A stretch of DNA of 64,000 nucleotides from Somniosus microcephalus (taxonomy: Eukaryota): positions 250,170,001 to 250,234,000 of the forward strand of contig CM126205.1 in NCBI GenBank assembly GCA_052327205.1, read 5' to 3'. A program made the translations under genes and the position numbers. The notes beneath the pieces are model-generated. The model saw only the letters and a program-made list of their open reading frames with translations. It ran no database searches and was not told the origin of the DNA. This document shows, one piece after another, positions 22,871 to 36,052 of this stretch. Each line of letters begins with the position of its first letter. Positions within the stretch are counted from its first letter, which is position 1.

Positions 22871-23710
22871 TGCTAAAAATACAGTTGCCCCTCTTCCACT
22901 TCAAGAATAAGAGGTGAGCCTTCCTGAAGATGCAACATCAGTCCATCTGATCCCAGCAAGCACCAGCTCAGAGACTGGCACCATGCATACTTTAGAGAGT
23001 AGGCTAGAGGAGGAGTCTTCACGTGGTGAATCACCAGCCACAAGTGTGCAGGAGATAGGGAATGGGGCCAGGGCGCCACAGGTGCCAGCGCACTGGAGGG
23101 CGAGATCACATAACAGCTCTGCTGCAGAGGACTCAGATGCTGACTTCAACGGTCCAGGATACTGAAGAAAGGTGATGGGCATACACCAAGAAATTTTAGG
23201 AGCACTGGGCAACCTGCCAGCGAACTTGTGTGCAATGGCTCACAGCCTGGAGGAGACCAGCTCCAACTTGTGTCAGGACTTCGCGCAGAGCATGGAGACC
23301 ATTTTCTCCAACATGGAGCAAGTGGTCAGCTGCATGAACACGGCAGTGGTGCCCACCATGATTGATCATCTGCTGACAGCTCTCATAGCATCTCACCTTG
23401 CTGCCCTCTGAAGGGGGGGGGGGGGGCTGCAGTGTTGACAGGGGCTTCCAAAGGGTCACATCAATCCTGCACTGTTCTTGAGCTGAGTCATAAGAGTGTT
23501 ACGGCACAATCCCAGAAAAGTGGCCTTAGCTCCATGGGAGAGGTGCCTGCTGTCCTCTCTCAGGATGACAACATGCCTGCTCTCCTGCCACCCACTCTGC
23601 CAGTGCCCTTGTTAATGCTACAGAGCCAGCTGGCCAGACTGCTCAGGAACATGTCAAGATGGACCCACAAGGCCCAGATCTGCTCAAAATCACCCACCAC
23701 AGCCATCTGA
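22871..23710 (+). pseudogene. Remnant C-terminal exon of the Harbinger Myb/SANT-like partner protein
   Basis: Acceptor tttcatttcag| at 22869 followed by a broken low-complexity/coiled-coil frame (..DSDADFNGPGY*RKVMGIHQEILGAL..). Assignment rests on position within the element. Confidence 0.5.
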
Positions 23711-23999
23711 AGCGTCCTCAATGGAAGTTCAGCAGCATTCCACCTCCCAAGCTGTAGCCACTGGGAACACTAGGATAGGTAAATGAACACACAAAATAGG
23801 CATTAAGCAGTTATGCAGATGAAATTGAGTTGTTGGAAAATGTTCCTTTTATTCTGATTTTGGTGTTGGTGTTAATACTTGTAGTGAAAGTAATAAGACT
23901 GGACTGAAGGAAGGCACTTGGCTGGTAAGGATGGTGGTGATACATTTTTCAGGACTGCTGGTGTAGTTGGGATGGGAGGGATGGTTCAGATGAAGTGGT

Positions 24000-25085
24000 C
24001 TTGAATTAGAGGCTCTCTAAGTGCTCTGGCAGCTAGAAGCACTGGTGGTCAATGCTGCTCAAGCTCTTCCTCTTCTTCATGCTGCTCTTCCTCCTTCTTC
24101 ATGCTGCTCTTCCTCCTTCTACTCCTCCTCCTGCACTTCTTGCAGCCCAGGTGGGGTAAGGGCTGGTCCCTCATGATGGCAAAGTTATGCAGCAGATGAT
24201 GACAAAGCTGGTTACATAGTACAGGAGCTGTACTGGAAAGCTCCTCCTGAGCGGTCCAGGCAGTGGCCGCGTTGTTTGAGGACACTGACTGTCTGCTCGA
24301 TTACATTTTTGGTGGTAGAATGGCTCTCGATGTAGGCCAGTTCTGCAGCTGAGCCCAGATTTCTGAAGAGATTTGAGTCATGTCGCCCAGTAACCAGCAT
24401 GTGACCTGACGGCTTGGTTAGAATAAAGGCGGCACAGAGGATGGGTGTAAGATGAATGACTTGTGATTGCTGCCAGGAAATCAGGCACAGACCTGCATGA
24501 TGTGCTGCCTGTGGTCGCAAATAAGCTGGACGTTGAGGAACTGGAATCCCTTTCTATTCAGAAAGATGTCAGGATAGTGATGGGGAGCCCGCAAGTCACT
24601 GTGGGTGCAGTCTATGGCACCTTGCACACTGGGGAATCCTGCAATGCGGGTGAAGCCTAGTGCTATCTCGTCCTGCTTTTCTCTGTCCATTGGGGAAGAG
24701 ATGCAGGTGTTCCACCTGATGTAGTGAGCCTCGGTAACCTCCCTGAAAGAACAGTGAACGGTAAACTGGGAGATGAGATCTGCTGCAGCCTGGAATGAGC
24801 CAATGGCATTAAATCTAAAGGTCACGGTGACCTTGACAGTTACAGGCAGTGCTGTCCTTGCCCTGGTTCGAAGCTCAGTGATAGCCTCCTTTGTGATGTG
24901 AAGGTGCCCAAGACATTGCTCCTCAGTGAAGTTAAGGGAGGAGAAGAGCTCCTTGAAGACCCACTGTGGGTATAGCCTTCTGTGCAGTGCCCTCCTCCTT
25001 CCAGCTGCTCCTGCTGTCTGTTATCTTCTTGGCTGCAACTCCTTGTCCTCTAGCCCCAAGGCAAACCTACCAGAACACCAATTAC
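24000..25085 (-). pseudogene. HARBI1-like DDE transposase pseudogene
   Basis: GFPSVQGAIDCTH, FLNRKGF..LNVQLICDH and NVIEQT..VLKQR..CLDRSGG motifs spread across frames. Confidence 0.9.
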
Positions 25086-26276
25086 TACAGTGAAACTGTT
25101 CTGAAGGCAGACACAAGCAGTCCAGCAACAGCAAACACTTAAGTCAGAATTCTGTTGTAGAATTCAGAAAATAGGCCAAAAAACACCTAGAAGTTAACCA
25201 GCAACCTAAAAGGACAAACCAGAAACTAACCTGTATGTAGTGGATGAGCCCTTTAAATAGCACTGTTGAAAGTTCCTTGCTCAGCAACTTGTGGCACTAA
25301 CAGGCTGCAAGTTTATCACGTCGAGACAGGTACTGAGGCAGACCAATTTCACAAAAGGGTCCTACAACAATCGTAGGGCTCTTACTAAATATTTTAATGT
25401 GTGTTTTAAATAATTCAGCCGAGCAACCTAAACTCCTATGGAGCAGCTCAATCCAGTATGGCAAGCGGCATACTTCCAGTGCGGAATGAGTGCAGGCACG
25501 TTTCCCACCATATTGGATGCTTAGGCGCCCATTATATGTCTGTAAAATGGGCGTGTCATCAACAAATTTCTAGGCCTTCATTTCCTTAAGTAGCACACTA
25601 TAGTCCAATGCAGCTATGCAATGCCATTTCTGGATGATATAGAAGGAGAATGCAGAACGCTGAATTCCTCCTTGATGGTTGTCCCTAACATATTTACAAG
25701 ATCATCAAATCCAGCATCTTGGACTGCGTATCACAACACCAATAGGACCTTTTCTTGAGATATTCCAGCTGTGTTTGCACATATATGCCCGAGGTCTCTC
25801 TGCAGATGCCACTAATGTTGTATGCCTCTCAATAGCATTCTGTAAAGCAGGCAGCTGTACCGCACTGCCCAACTGGGTGGTATCATGGACAACTCCAACC
25901 AGACCAGCTTGATTCATCTTACGTAACTAGGCAATGGATTGTTCAACAGTTCACACTTGTGAAGGCTCCTTTGTTTCATCAGTGGGTGCATGGAGTTGGA
26001 ATCATATAGTGATTCTGCAAAGCCCATAACATGCTGTACATCTGCAAAGGTAATAACTAGCCCTTTTTCAAGCACCACTTTTGCTCTTCCGTCACCCATA
26101 ATCAGTAATTCAGTATGTTGTTTCATTAGACTCAGTAATGGCCTCCGAACTAGCACCTGCTTCAGGTGATGTGGCTGTGATGTTCCTGAGTACTGGATTC
26201 TTCCTCTAGGCTTGTGACCTTTCTGTGAAAATAAGATGATACAGGGCGAGCATATGGACATTGTTATGCATATTAT

Positions 26277-26590
26277 TGTTTCAAATCCCACCATAGCAAA
26301 TTGAGAATTTGAATTTGGTTTAAAAAATCTGGAAATAAAAAACTGTTTTCAGTAAAAGTGACTATGAAGCTGTTGGATTGTCGTAAAAACCCACCTGGTT
26401 CACTAATGCCCTTTAGGGAAGGAAACCTGCCGTCCTTACGGCTCTGGTCTATCTGTGACTCCGGTCTCAGACCAATGTGGTTGATTCTCAACTACCCTCT
26501 GTAGTGACCTAGCAACCCACTCAGTTTCTAGGGATGGGTAATAAATAGCAGCCTTGCCAGCAACACCCACATCCTGAGAAAGATTGTTTT
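26277..26590 (+). mobile_element. Short non-autonomous element made of the 5' head and 3' tail of the FADDC-type LINE
   Basis: 26277-26527 aligns to 40718-40968, and 26529-26582 aligns to the reverse complement of the LINE 3' end at ~19235-19290. Confidence 0.8.
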
Positions 26591-27707
26591 TTTTAAAACA
26601 GCATTTGCTTTGCATGTAATGAAAGTGAAACTAATTGCCACAGTAAATGTATGTGATTGGTATTCCATAAACCAGGAGTGCTACTGTTTTTATAAACTTC
26701 CATATCCCACATGGTCTGCATCACTTCCCAGCCTAGAGTGTCCATACTGGCCTGCTTATTACAGGCAAGGGGTTTATCGGCTGGCAATCCCAGGACAATG
26801 GCACCTGTAAAGGCTACATTGTGTAAAGACTAGCGTACCTTGTTTGAAATGCAATTCTGCAGAGGAAACATAGGTTACACTATACATATATATTGCTAGA
26901 TCTAGTAGAATGAAACACAAAATGTCTTGTTAGCTGAAGATGGAAGAGGGGTAAGTACTTTATGTACCCAGCTCTATCTATGTATAGGGATAATTCGCTG
27001 TTAGTAGGCATGTCATTTTCTAGCTTGTAATAATTACGAAACATCTTAATGTATTCCACTTGTAGCAAAGTACTGGGTAAATTCATCTTAACAATACTGT
27101 TGTGCGAAACTATTTTGTCAAATATGACTAATATCTGTATGTTCTTTGGATAGGCATTTCTACCAATGTTAAATAATTGGCACTCAGATCTATACACAGT
27201 AAGGTAAAATAATTGCCACTCTATGGCAGTGCGAGATACTTGAGTGATCCTCATTGTCTACCTTGACACTTTTCGGCAAATCAGATACCTTCTTCTGCAC
27301 ATCTTTCCAAGTGCCTTGGGTTGTTGAGACTATGTTGACCTGCTCTTGAATGCCTTCCACACCTGCTGAACTCTGGCAGTGGGCTGCTCTTCTGACCCAT
27401 AGAGGGCAATTGGCTGTCAACAATAACCTGAAGAGCCTCATCAATAAAGTTGTCTTTCCATGTATTACTCCCCCCATCAGCATTCTAATTTGTGTGCTCC
27501 ACTGCTGAATTGATGAACTTAGTTATTTATAGCACTTACCTGATTATTAAGGAGGAGGAGTTAACACTTGATACAGGACCATTACTGCAGGTCTTTTATG
27601 ACTGGCTGTTCAGTTGTCTGTCAGTTGTAATGCAGAATGTACAACGTGTGTACTGTGTTCCGATAGATACAATAAAAAAACTTTTTTTTAAAAACACATT
27701 TAATACA

Positions 27708-27778
27708 TAAAGAAATAACAATAGAAAATGCTGGAAAAACTCAGCAGGCCAGGCAACATCCGTGGAGAGAGAAATACA
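27708..27778 (-). mobile_element. Penelope-type terminal repeat fragment
   Basis: agaaaatgctggaaaaactcagcaggccaggcaacatccgtggagagagaaa is the reverse complement of the repeat at 51455-51870. Confidence 0.7.
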
Positions 27779-29064
27779 TAAAGATTGTGCTCAGAGAAAA
27801 TTAAATCCCAGAGAGACAACACAACTAAGCTGTGACAATATTGGGCCAATAATATGGTACTGTACCACACCAGTGCTGTCCAGGCACTACAGGTGCCTGC
27901 ACACAAATGAGCTGCTCTTGCCGGATAAAGCAACATTAGCTTGTTAGCATAATTTTCTGGCACTCCAGGCACATCACTCATAATGCACTGGAAACACCAG
28001 CAGTGATTCCTCATTACTGAATGAGGAAGACCATAAAAATTCAGGAGACATGGTCTTTGGACTGTTAACAGCATTGTCTCTATTGGAGAGACTAGATGAA
28101 CAGATGATATTAACAGATTTGAGATTTAGTTAATTAATAATCTTGGAGATGTTCACCATCAGCCTAAATACCAACAACATTAAATATCGTCCTTAGGTCC
28201 TTCTAAATAGGCTTTCATTGCCATCTAGTACAACAAGCAGTCAGGTGTCCAAACAAAGCACTTTTAACTTTATGGCAAATATAAAACTTCAACAAGATTT
28301 GGGAATAGGAGGGCATCTATTTGTTGTCATATTTTATTTGAAATTGGTTTTAGAATGTTTAATCACTGTTTTGTACGTGCATGTATTTCAGTTCAGTTAC
28401 AATGGTAGGTGATGATGATATAAAATAAGTATCACAGATCAGTTCCAGCCGTAAACAACATAACTTTGTGTCAGTGGTTTTCTTAGTATATTTATCTAGC
28501 CTTTGCCCTGTCCAGAATCTAGGAGTTATAATTGCCAACTGTTTGGGGTTTTTACAAACATCTGCATTTTTACAGTGCTGTTTGCATTTGGTCCTGCAAA
28601 TCTGCCTTTTCGTGATCTACAGCAGCATGGGCTAACGCTTATCCCAGATTGCTCTGCAAGTTGTTTAAGCGCATGCGTGGACTATGCACATGTGGATTTT
28701 CGCTCGTGCACAAAATTCCAATAGCTTGTGTGTGATGGCCGAGTATACAGGAGAATCTCATCGGCAATGACTACAGAATGCACTGTATTACCTGTGGCAA
28801 GAACAAAAGGTGCATTTCTGTTAAGGGCAGATGATTGCTGGCAATTCTACAATTTATTTGATGAACAATTAATTCTATTTTTAAAAAGTTTTGCTTGTAA
28901 AATCAAAGTCAACTTAATTCAAAGATGTTCTCTGAAACCAAGATAGTGATGGATAAAGTGTGTTTGGCTCTGTTCTTATATGGCCATCTTATTCCAGATC
29001 ATCACTTGACTCACTGGCCTCAAAATTCTGAGGGTGCTGTTTTGCCACCAAAAATGAAATCCTA

Positions 29065-29740
29065 AAATCATACAGCACAGAAGACCACCATTCGGCCCCT
29101 GCGACTGTGCCAGCGCTTTGGTAGAGCTATCCAATTAGTCCCACTCCCCTGCTCTTTCTGCATAGACCTGTTATTTTTTTCTCCCTCAAGTATGTATCCA
29201 ATTCACTTTTGAAAGTTACTATTGAATGTGCTTCCACCTCCCTTTCAGGCAATGCATTCCAATCACAACTCACCGCATAGAACAATGTTTCCTCATGTCA
29301 CCTCTAGTTCTTTTGCCTATCATCTTAAATCTGTGTCCTCTGGTTACCGACCCATCTGCCACTGGAAACAGTTTCTCGTTATTTATTCTATCAAAACCAT
29401 TCTGGATATTGAACACCTCTATCAAATCTCATCTTAACCTTCTCTGGTCCAAGGAGAACAACCCCAGCTTCTCCAGTCTCTCCACATAACTTAAGTCCCT
29501 CATTCCTGGTACTATTACAGTAAATCTCTTCTGCACCCTCTTACCCTTCCTAGAGGCCTAACCAGTGTTTTGTAAAGGTTTAGCATAACTTCCTTGCTTT
29601 TGTATTCTATGCCTCGGTTAATAAAGCCAAGGGTCCCATATGTTTTTCTCAACAGCATTCTCAGCGTCCTGCCACCTTCAAAGATTTGTGTACATACAAA
29701 TGGCCTACTCCTGCTCCTATTTCTTATGTTCTTATGTTAT
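29065..29740 (-). mobile_element. Decayed CR1 3' portion (-) abutting a ~40-bp CR1 tail (+) at ~29698-29740
   Basis: A CR1 3' UTR and RT C-terminus lie on the minus strand, followed by tggcctactcctgctcctatttcttatgttcttatg. Confidence 0.8.
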
Positions 29741-31862
29741 GTATAGCTGCAGCTTAAGTCATGACAAGTTCTAGTCCCACAGCATTCCTATTGTAACTAC
29801 TTTTTGTATGTCATATGAGGCTAGTGGGTTTTATGTTTCACAGAAAAACAAACTGAATTGCAGAATGTAATCCTCAAACACTAATAAAAATCCAATTAAA
29901 AAAATGAATTTTATTATTCAGTTGCTTTGAGGTAGTGCCTTGGTTATAGGCCTTTATTTAGCACTGTTTTTTCAGTGGTACATAGTTTTTTGACTTATCA
30001 GTTTTTGTGGGGCTGCGCCACATTTTTGAAACTCAGACTTTCCAAGTCGTGTCGGTTGACGTGTATGGTTAAATTACATTGTTTAATATTTGTCATTTAT
30101 TAACTTTGTTCCACAGTACTTCAGTGCACTGATTCGTGCAAATCTTCTCAGTCAGCACTTCTAGCTTACTGTAGTGCCAAGTCTTGCACCTAGATTTATT
30201 TCACAACTAATAAGTAACTAACTATATTATCTTATACCAACGTGAAGGTTAATCTTTAGTGAACAAACTCAGTTTTCAGCAGGAAACTGATAAATATGAC
30301 AATCCGTTCCATAGCCTGAAGTTTGGCCACTTATCTATCAGAGACAATGAATGTTGAGATACTCTACTTACTATTCATATTATTTCATGCTAGTTTAGTA
30401 ACATCCTTCATCTAGTCATTTCAACAGTCAAACTTGTAATCAGTTTGTGTACTGTTGCCAAAATGGATATGCATATAAACCCCTTAAAAATTTGATAGAA
30501 ACAGTCCTCAGGAAAGGAAACCTCAACAATAGCATAATTTAAGAGCACAAGAATATAAGAAATAGGAGCAGGAGTAGGCCATTTGGCCCCTCGAGCGTGC
30601 TCCGCCATTCAATAAGATCATTGCTGATCTTCTACCTCAACTCCATCTTCCTGCCCGATCCCCATATCCCTTGATGCCCTTAATATCCAAAAATCTATCG
30701 ATCTCTGTCTTGAATATACTCAATGACTGAGCCTCCACAGCCCTTTGGGGTAGAGAATTCCAAAGATTCAGCACACTGAGTGAAGAAATTTCTCCTCATC
30801 TCAGTACTAAACGGCTGACCCCTTATTCTGAGACTGTGACCCCTGGTTCTGGACTCCCAGCCAGGGGAAACATCCTCCCTGCATCTACCCTGTCAAGCCC
30901 TGTAAGAATTTTGTATGTTTCAATGAGATCACCTCTCATTCTTCTAAACTCTAGAGAATATAGGCCTAGTCTACTCAATCTCTCCTCATAGGACAATCCC
31001 CCCATCCCAGGAATCAGTCTGGTGAACCTTCATTGCACTCCTTCTATGGCAAGTATATCCTTCTTTAGGTAAGGAGATCAAAACTGTACACAATACTCCA
31101 GGTGTGGTCTCACCAGGGCCCTATATAATTGCAGTAAGACGTCTTTACTCTTATACTCAAATCCTCTTGTAATAAAGGCAAACATACCATTTGCTTTCCC
31201 AATTGCTTGTTGTACCTTCATTGATTCGTGTACAAGCAGGTCCCTCTGAACACCAACATTTCCCAATCTCTCACCATTTAAAAAATACTCTGCTTTTCTA
31301 TTTTTCCTACCAAAGTGGATAACTTCACATTTCTCCACATTATATTCCATTTGCCATGTTCTTGCCCACTTACTTAGCCTGTCTATATCCCCTTGAAGCC
31401 TCTTTGCATCCTCCTCACAACTTACATTCCCACCTAGCTTCGTATCATCAGGAAACTTGGATATATTACATTTGGTCCCCTCATCCAAATCATTGATATA
31501 GTTTGTGAATAGCTGAGGCCCAATCACTGATCCTTGCGGTACTCCACTAGTTACAGCCTGCCAACCTGAAAATGACCCACTTATTCCCACTGTTTTCTGT
31601 CCGTCAACCAATCTTCAATCCATGCTAGTATATTACCCCAAATCCATGAGCCCTAATTTTGTTTAATAACCTCTTGTGTGGCAACTCATCAAATGCCATC
31701 TAAAAATCCAAACACACCACATCCACTGGTTCCCCCTTATCTATTCTGCTAGTTACAACTTCAAAAAATTCTAACAGATTCATCAAACATGATTTCCCTT
31801 TCATAAATCCGTGTTGACTCTGCCCAATTTTCTAAGTGCCCTGTTACCACGTCCTTAATAAT

Positions 31863-32482
31863 GGGCCAGAAATTCGGGTCCCAACGAAAGTGCCGGTTTC
31901 ATGCATGCACTGCGCATGCGCAGGAAACCGGAACTTCCGTTCCCTTAAAGGAAGGGGTTCACAGGTCAAACCCGTGCGCCGGAGAGGCAGTGCGTACGCC
32001 TGGAACTTCCGTTTTTTTTACAGGTTTCTCCGGGAGGGTAAGTCTCCAGCAGCTACACTTTTAAAAAGCAGTCGCAAGGCCTGCTTTTAACAAGTTAAGT
32101 GGTGAATTAAGTAAAATTAAAACATTTTTTCCACAGGTTTATTATTTTTAAATACTTTAAAGAAAGGTAAGTTTATTTTTAGCCCTGTTAAAAACTAATT
32201 AATTTTTTCAAATTAATAGTTATTTTATGTAATTTATGGTTATTTTAAAAATGTGATTTAAAAAAAAAATTTAGTTATGTTTTGGGTCTGAACTGTATTC
32301 ATAGATTTGACAGGTCTTCCTGTCAAATCTATGAATAGAGATTCCCTGCTACGATTGGCTCTCCATGGCCCACGGGATCCCAGGGGACGCTTCGAACTAA
32401 CTGCGCCCCTGGGATACGCGCTAGGTAAGTGCAGGTCGGGGGCTTGCACACGCGGGAAGCCTCTGACCCGAATTTCTGGCCC
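31863..32482. mobile_element. Harbinger-type MITE, family copy 2 (inverted relative to copy 1, with internal deletions)
   Basis: Same 18-bp TIRs as copy 1. Flanks aat and att restore the CR1 sequence, implying a 3-bp TSD with one mismatch. Confidence 0.9.
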
Positions 32483-32765
32483 ATTAGATTCTATTATTTT
32501 CCCTACTACTGATGTCAGGCTAACTGGTCTGTAAGTTCCCCGTTTTCTCTCTCCCTCCTTTCTTAAATAGTGGCAATACATTTGCTACTTTCCAATCCAC
32601 GGGAACCGTTCTAGAATCTATGGAATTTTGGAAGATGACAACTAATGCATCCAATATCTCTTTCAAAACCCTAGAATGTAGGCCATCAGGTCCAGGGGAT
32701 TTATCGGCTTTCAGTCCCATTAACTTCTCCGGTACTATTTTTTTTTACTAATACTAATTTCTTTC

Positions 32766-33041
32766 TAAAGGGGTAAGCCATTTAGGACTGAGATGAGGAG
32801 GAATTTCTTCATCCAGAGAGTGGTGAACCTGTGGAATTCTCTGCCACAGAAGGCCATTGAGGCCAATTCATTAAATATATTCAAGGAGTTAGATATATTT
32901 CTTAAGGCTAAAGGGATCAAGGGATATGGGGAGAAAGCAGGGACAGGGTACTGAATTTGGATGGTCAGCCATGATCTCATTAAATGGCGGAACAGGCTCG
33001 AGGGATCGAATGGCCTACTCCTGCTCTTATCTTCTATGTTT
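32766..33041 (+). mobile_element. Short CR1 3' fragment inserted antisense into the long CR1
   Basis: MRRNFFIQRVVNLWNSLP and a tail are present, and the host sequence resumes after a tttc repeat. Confidence 0.9.
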
Positions 33042-34796
33042 CAGTTCCTCATTCTCGCTGGACCTCCATGTTTCCAGGAGGTTTTTTGCGTCTTCTTCCG
33101 TGAAAACAGACACAAAGTATTTGTTTAATTTCTCTGCCATTTCCTTATTCCCCGTTATAATTTCTCCTGTTTCAGCCTGTAAGGGTCCCACGTTTACTTT
33201 TGCTAATCTTTTCCTTTTTTCATACCTATAGAAGCTTTTACATTTGGTTTTCATGTCTCAAGCTAGTTTACTCTCATATTCTATTTTCCCTTTCTTTATC
33301 AACTTCTTGGTCCTTCTTTGCTGAATTCTAAAATTCTCCCAATCCTCAGGCTTACTACTCTTTTTGGCAACATTATAAGCCTCTTCCTTTGATCTAATAC
33401 TATCGTTAACTTCTCATGTTAGGCATGGTTGGACCACTTTTCCTGTGGGGTTTTTGTGCCTTAAAGGAATGTATATTTGTTGTAAATTATGTATTAATTC
33501 TTTAAATGCTAGCCATTGCTTGTCTACCATCATACCTTTTAAAGTGGTTTCCCAATCTACCTTAGCCAACTCGCCCCTCATACCTACGTAGTTTGCTTTG
33601 TTTAGATTCAAGACCCTAGTTTTGGATTTAACTAAATCACTTTCGAACTTAATATAAAATTCTATCATATTATGATCACTCTTCCCTAAAGGCCCCTTTA
33701 TTGCAAGGTTATTAATTAACCCATTCTCAATGCACAATACTAGATCTAAAATAGCCTGTTCCCTAGTTGGTTCCTCAACATACCGACCTAGAAAATGATG
33801 TTGTATACATTGCATGAATTCGTCCTCCAGACTATTACTGCAAATTTGGTTTGCCCAGTCTATATGTAGATTAAAGTCCCCCATGATTACAGTATCACCC
33901 TTGTTACATGCACCTCTAATTTCCTGATTTATACTCTGCCCTACATTACAACTACTGTTTGTGGGCCTATAAACAACTCCCGCCAATGTTTTCCGCCTCT
34001 TGCTGTTTCTTAGCTCCACCCAAATTGATTCTACTTCTTGATTTTTGGAGCCAAGATCCTTTCTCTCTACTGTCTTTATACCATTCTTTATTATCAGGAC
34101 TACCCTTCCTCCTTTTCCATTTTGCCTATCTCTTCTAAAATGTAAGTATCCTGGAATATTTAGTTCCCAACCTTGGTCACTTTGCAACCACGTCTCCGTA
34201 ATGGCTATTAGATCAAACCTATTAATTTCTATCTGAGCTATTAATTCATCTATTTTGTTGCGAATGCTTCGCGCATTCAGATATAGTGCCTTTAGCTTTG
34301 ACTTATTTCTATTTTTCCCTGATGTCACCTTAGTCACTGATGCCTTATTACCTTTGTTACTCTCTCTGTCCCTTCCTGACCCACTCTGCTTATTTTTACC
34401 CAAAACTCTGCTCTGCTCTAGAGCCTTGACATTCTTCTTGCTGCTTTTAAATTTACTCTTTCCTGAATCCTCCCACCCCCCATTCATTATTTAAAGCCCT
34501 GTCTACGGCCCTAGTTATTCGATTTGCCAGGATACTGGTTCCAGACCCATAAGAACAGCTTCTTCTTTCCCCAGTACTGGTGCCAGTGCCCCATGAAGCA
34601 AAACCCCTGCCTCCCACACCACTCTTTTAGCAATGCATTTAACCTTCTAATCTGCTTATCCCAAATAGACTCTGTGAAAACTGTAAATGAGTGGACTTTA
34701 TCTTCTATATATTAATTTATCTCTGCATTTAATTTCTATTGATTAGAACTTTAAGTTCAGGATACACAAGATGTACCAGCTGGAGGTAGGTATCTA

Positions 34797-34963
34797 GGAG
34801 TAGAATTTCCTTGGGGGGTCTTCTGATCTCAAGCTGTAACTTCAGCGGAAACCCTGGAGAAATGGCATAGTTGGCCATTTATGCCATTTCTCCAGGGTTT
34901 CTGCTGATTTTTCACTAAAGTTACGGCGGGAGATCCAGAGAACCCCAGCAAAATTCTACTGCC
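34797..34963. mobile_element. Short MITE
   Basis: Termini gagtagaattt / aaattctactgc, ctag on both flanks, and an internal palindrome accctggagaaatggcata..tatgccatttctccagggt. Confidence 0.7.
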
Positions 34964-35582
34964 TAGTATTTGGCAGTACTGGGAAAGAAGATGGAGTATA
35001 ATTGCACTGGGGTGCACTGTGGGAAATCATGGGTTTTGTTAACACTTGGGAGGATGTTTCTGGGGTGTGGCAGAACTGACGGTCCAGGAGTTTGGCAGCA
35101 ACAGGCAGGATCATTTAATTTTTATCACTGTGATGGGGGAACCCGAGATTTGGCAGAACTGGGGGATGAAATGTGGAGTTTGGCTCAATGGTGAATTCTT
35201 GGTTGTCCTTCAACTGTGATGGGAATGGAGTGTCCCAGTCTGAAGCACTGCTGAGGCTGGGGGGGGGGGGGTGGGGGGCGGGGGGCGGTGCCCAAGTTTG
35301 GCAGCACTGGCTAAATACATAAAAGTTGCAACATGAAAACAGGCCATTCAGCCCAACTTGTGTTGGTGTTTACCCTCCATGTGAGCATATAGTTCTAATC
35401 ACATGTACCCACCCTGTTCCTATATCACTTTCTCCCTTATTCCTTCACCAGTTTCTGCCTCAACCACTAACCCTGTAATTAAATTCCACAACATGGTGTG
35501 AAGAAGTTTATCCTGCTCTCTTCTAAATCTCTTGGGTTTAATCTTGTTTCTATGGCCTTTCATTCTTGACTCTTTAACTATA

Positions 35583-36052
35583 AAGAAAAGACTTGCATTT
35601 ATATAGCACCTTTCACGACCACCGGACATCCAAAAATGTTTTACAGGCAATGAAATACTTTTTCAAGTGTAGTCACTGCTGTAATGTAGGAAACTCGGCA
35701 GCCAATTTGCGCACAGCAAGCTCCCACAAACAGCAATATGATAATGACCAGATAATCTTTTTTTTTTAGTGATGTTGATTGAGGGATCAATATTGGTCAG
35801 GACACCGGGGATAACTCTCCTGCTCTTCTTCGAAATAGTGCCATGGGATCTTTTACGTCCACCTGAAAGGGCAGATGGGCCCTCGGTTTAACGTCTCATT
35901 CGAAAGACGGCACCTCCGAAAGTGCAGCACTCCCTCAGCACTGTACTGGAGTGTCAGCCTAGATTTTTGTGCGCAAGTCTCTGGAGTGGGCCTTGAACCC
36001 ACAACTTTCTGACTCGGAAGCGAGAATGCTACCAACTGAGCCACGGCTGCCA
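35583..36052 (-). mobile_element. Full-length Deu-domain SINE (SacSINE1-like)
   Basis: Head gtggcagccgtggctcagttggtagc..gggttcaaggccc and an L2-like tail. Confidence 0.9.

Larger units (their letters stand above)
22455..25577. mobile_element. Decayed autonomous-type Harbinger element (Myb-partner gene remnant +, transposase -)
   Basis: 13-bp TIRs AGGCCTAGAAATT (22455-22467) and AATTTCTAGGCCT (25565-25577) enclose two convergent gene remnants. No clear TSD. Confidence 0.85.
25600..28070 (-). pseudogene. Older, highly decayed Harbinger remnants: Myb/SANT exon (~27260-27400), downstream exon (~25600-26225) and transposase C-terminal trace (~27840-28070)
   Basis: IQEQVNIVSTTQGTWKDVQKKVSDL resembles the MSANTD core and ends at donor AAG|gtagac. 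There is an acceptor ttttcacag near 26225, and CLDSTG..QY resembles CLDRSGGALQY. Confidence 0.5.
30547..34660 (-). mobile_element. Long CR1 LINE with end of ORF1 (SGNH esterase-like) and frameshifted ORF2; hosts a MITE and an antisense CR1 tail
   Basis: ORF 33414..34487 carries endonuclease motifs and RT pieces lie at 30823-32720. The minus strand near 34560-34640 reads NALLKEWCGRQGFCFMGHWHQYWG, like CR1 ORF1 esterase. Confidence 0.9.

Noticed and set aside
25600-26294. Minus-strand ORFs as an endogenous viral polymerase (NHQGGI resembles mononegaviral motif B) or a host gene
   Set aside because: The rest of the motif is absent, and the context fits a decayed Harbinger partner gene better.
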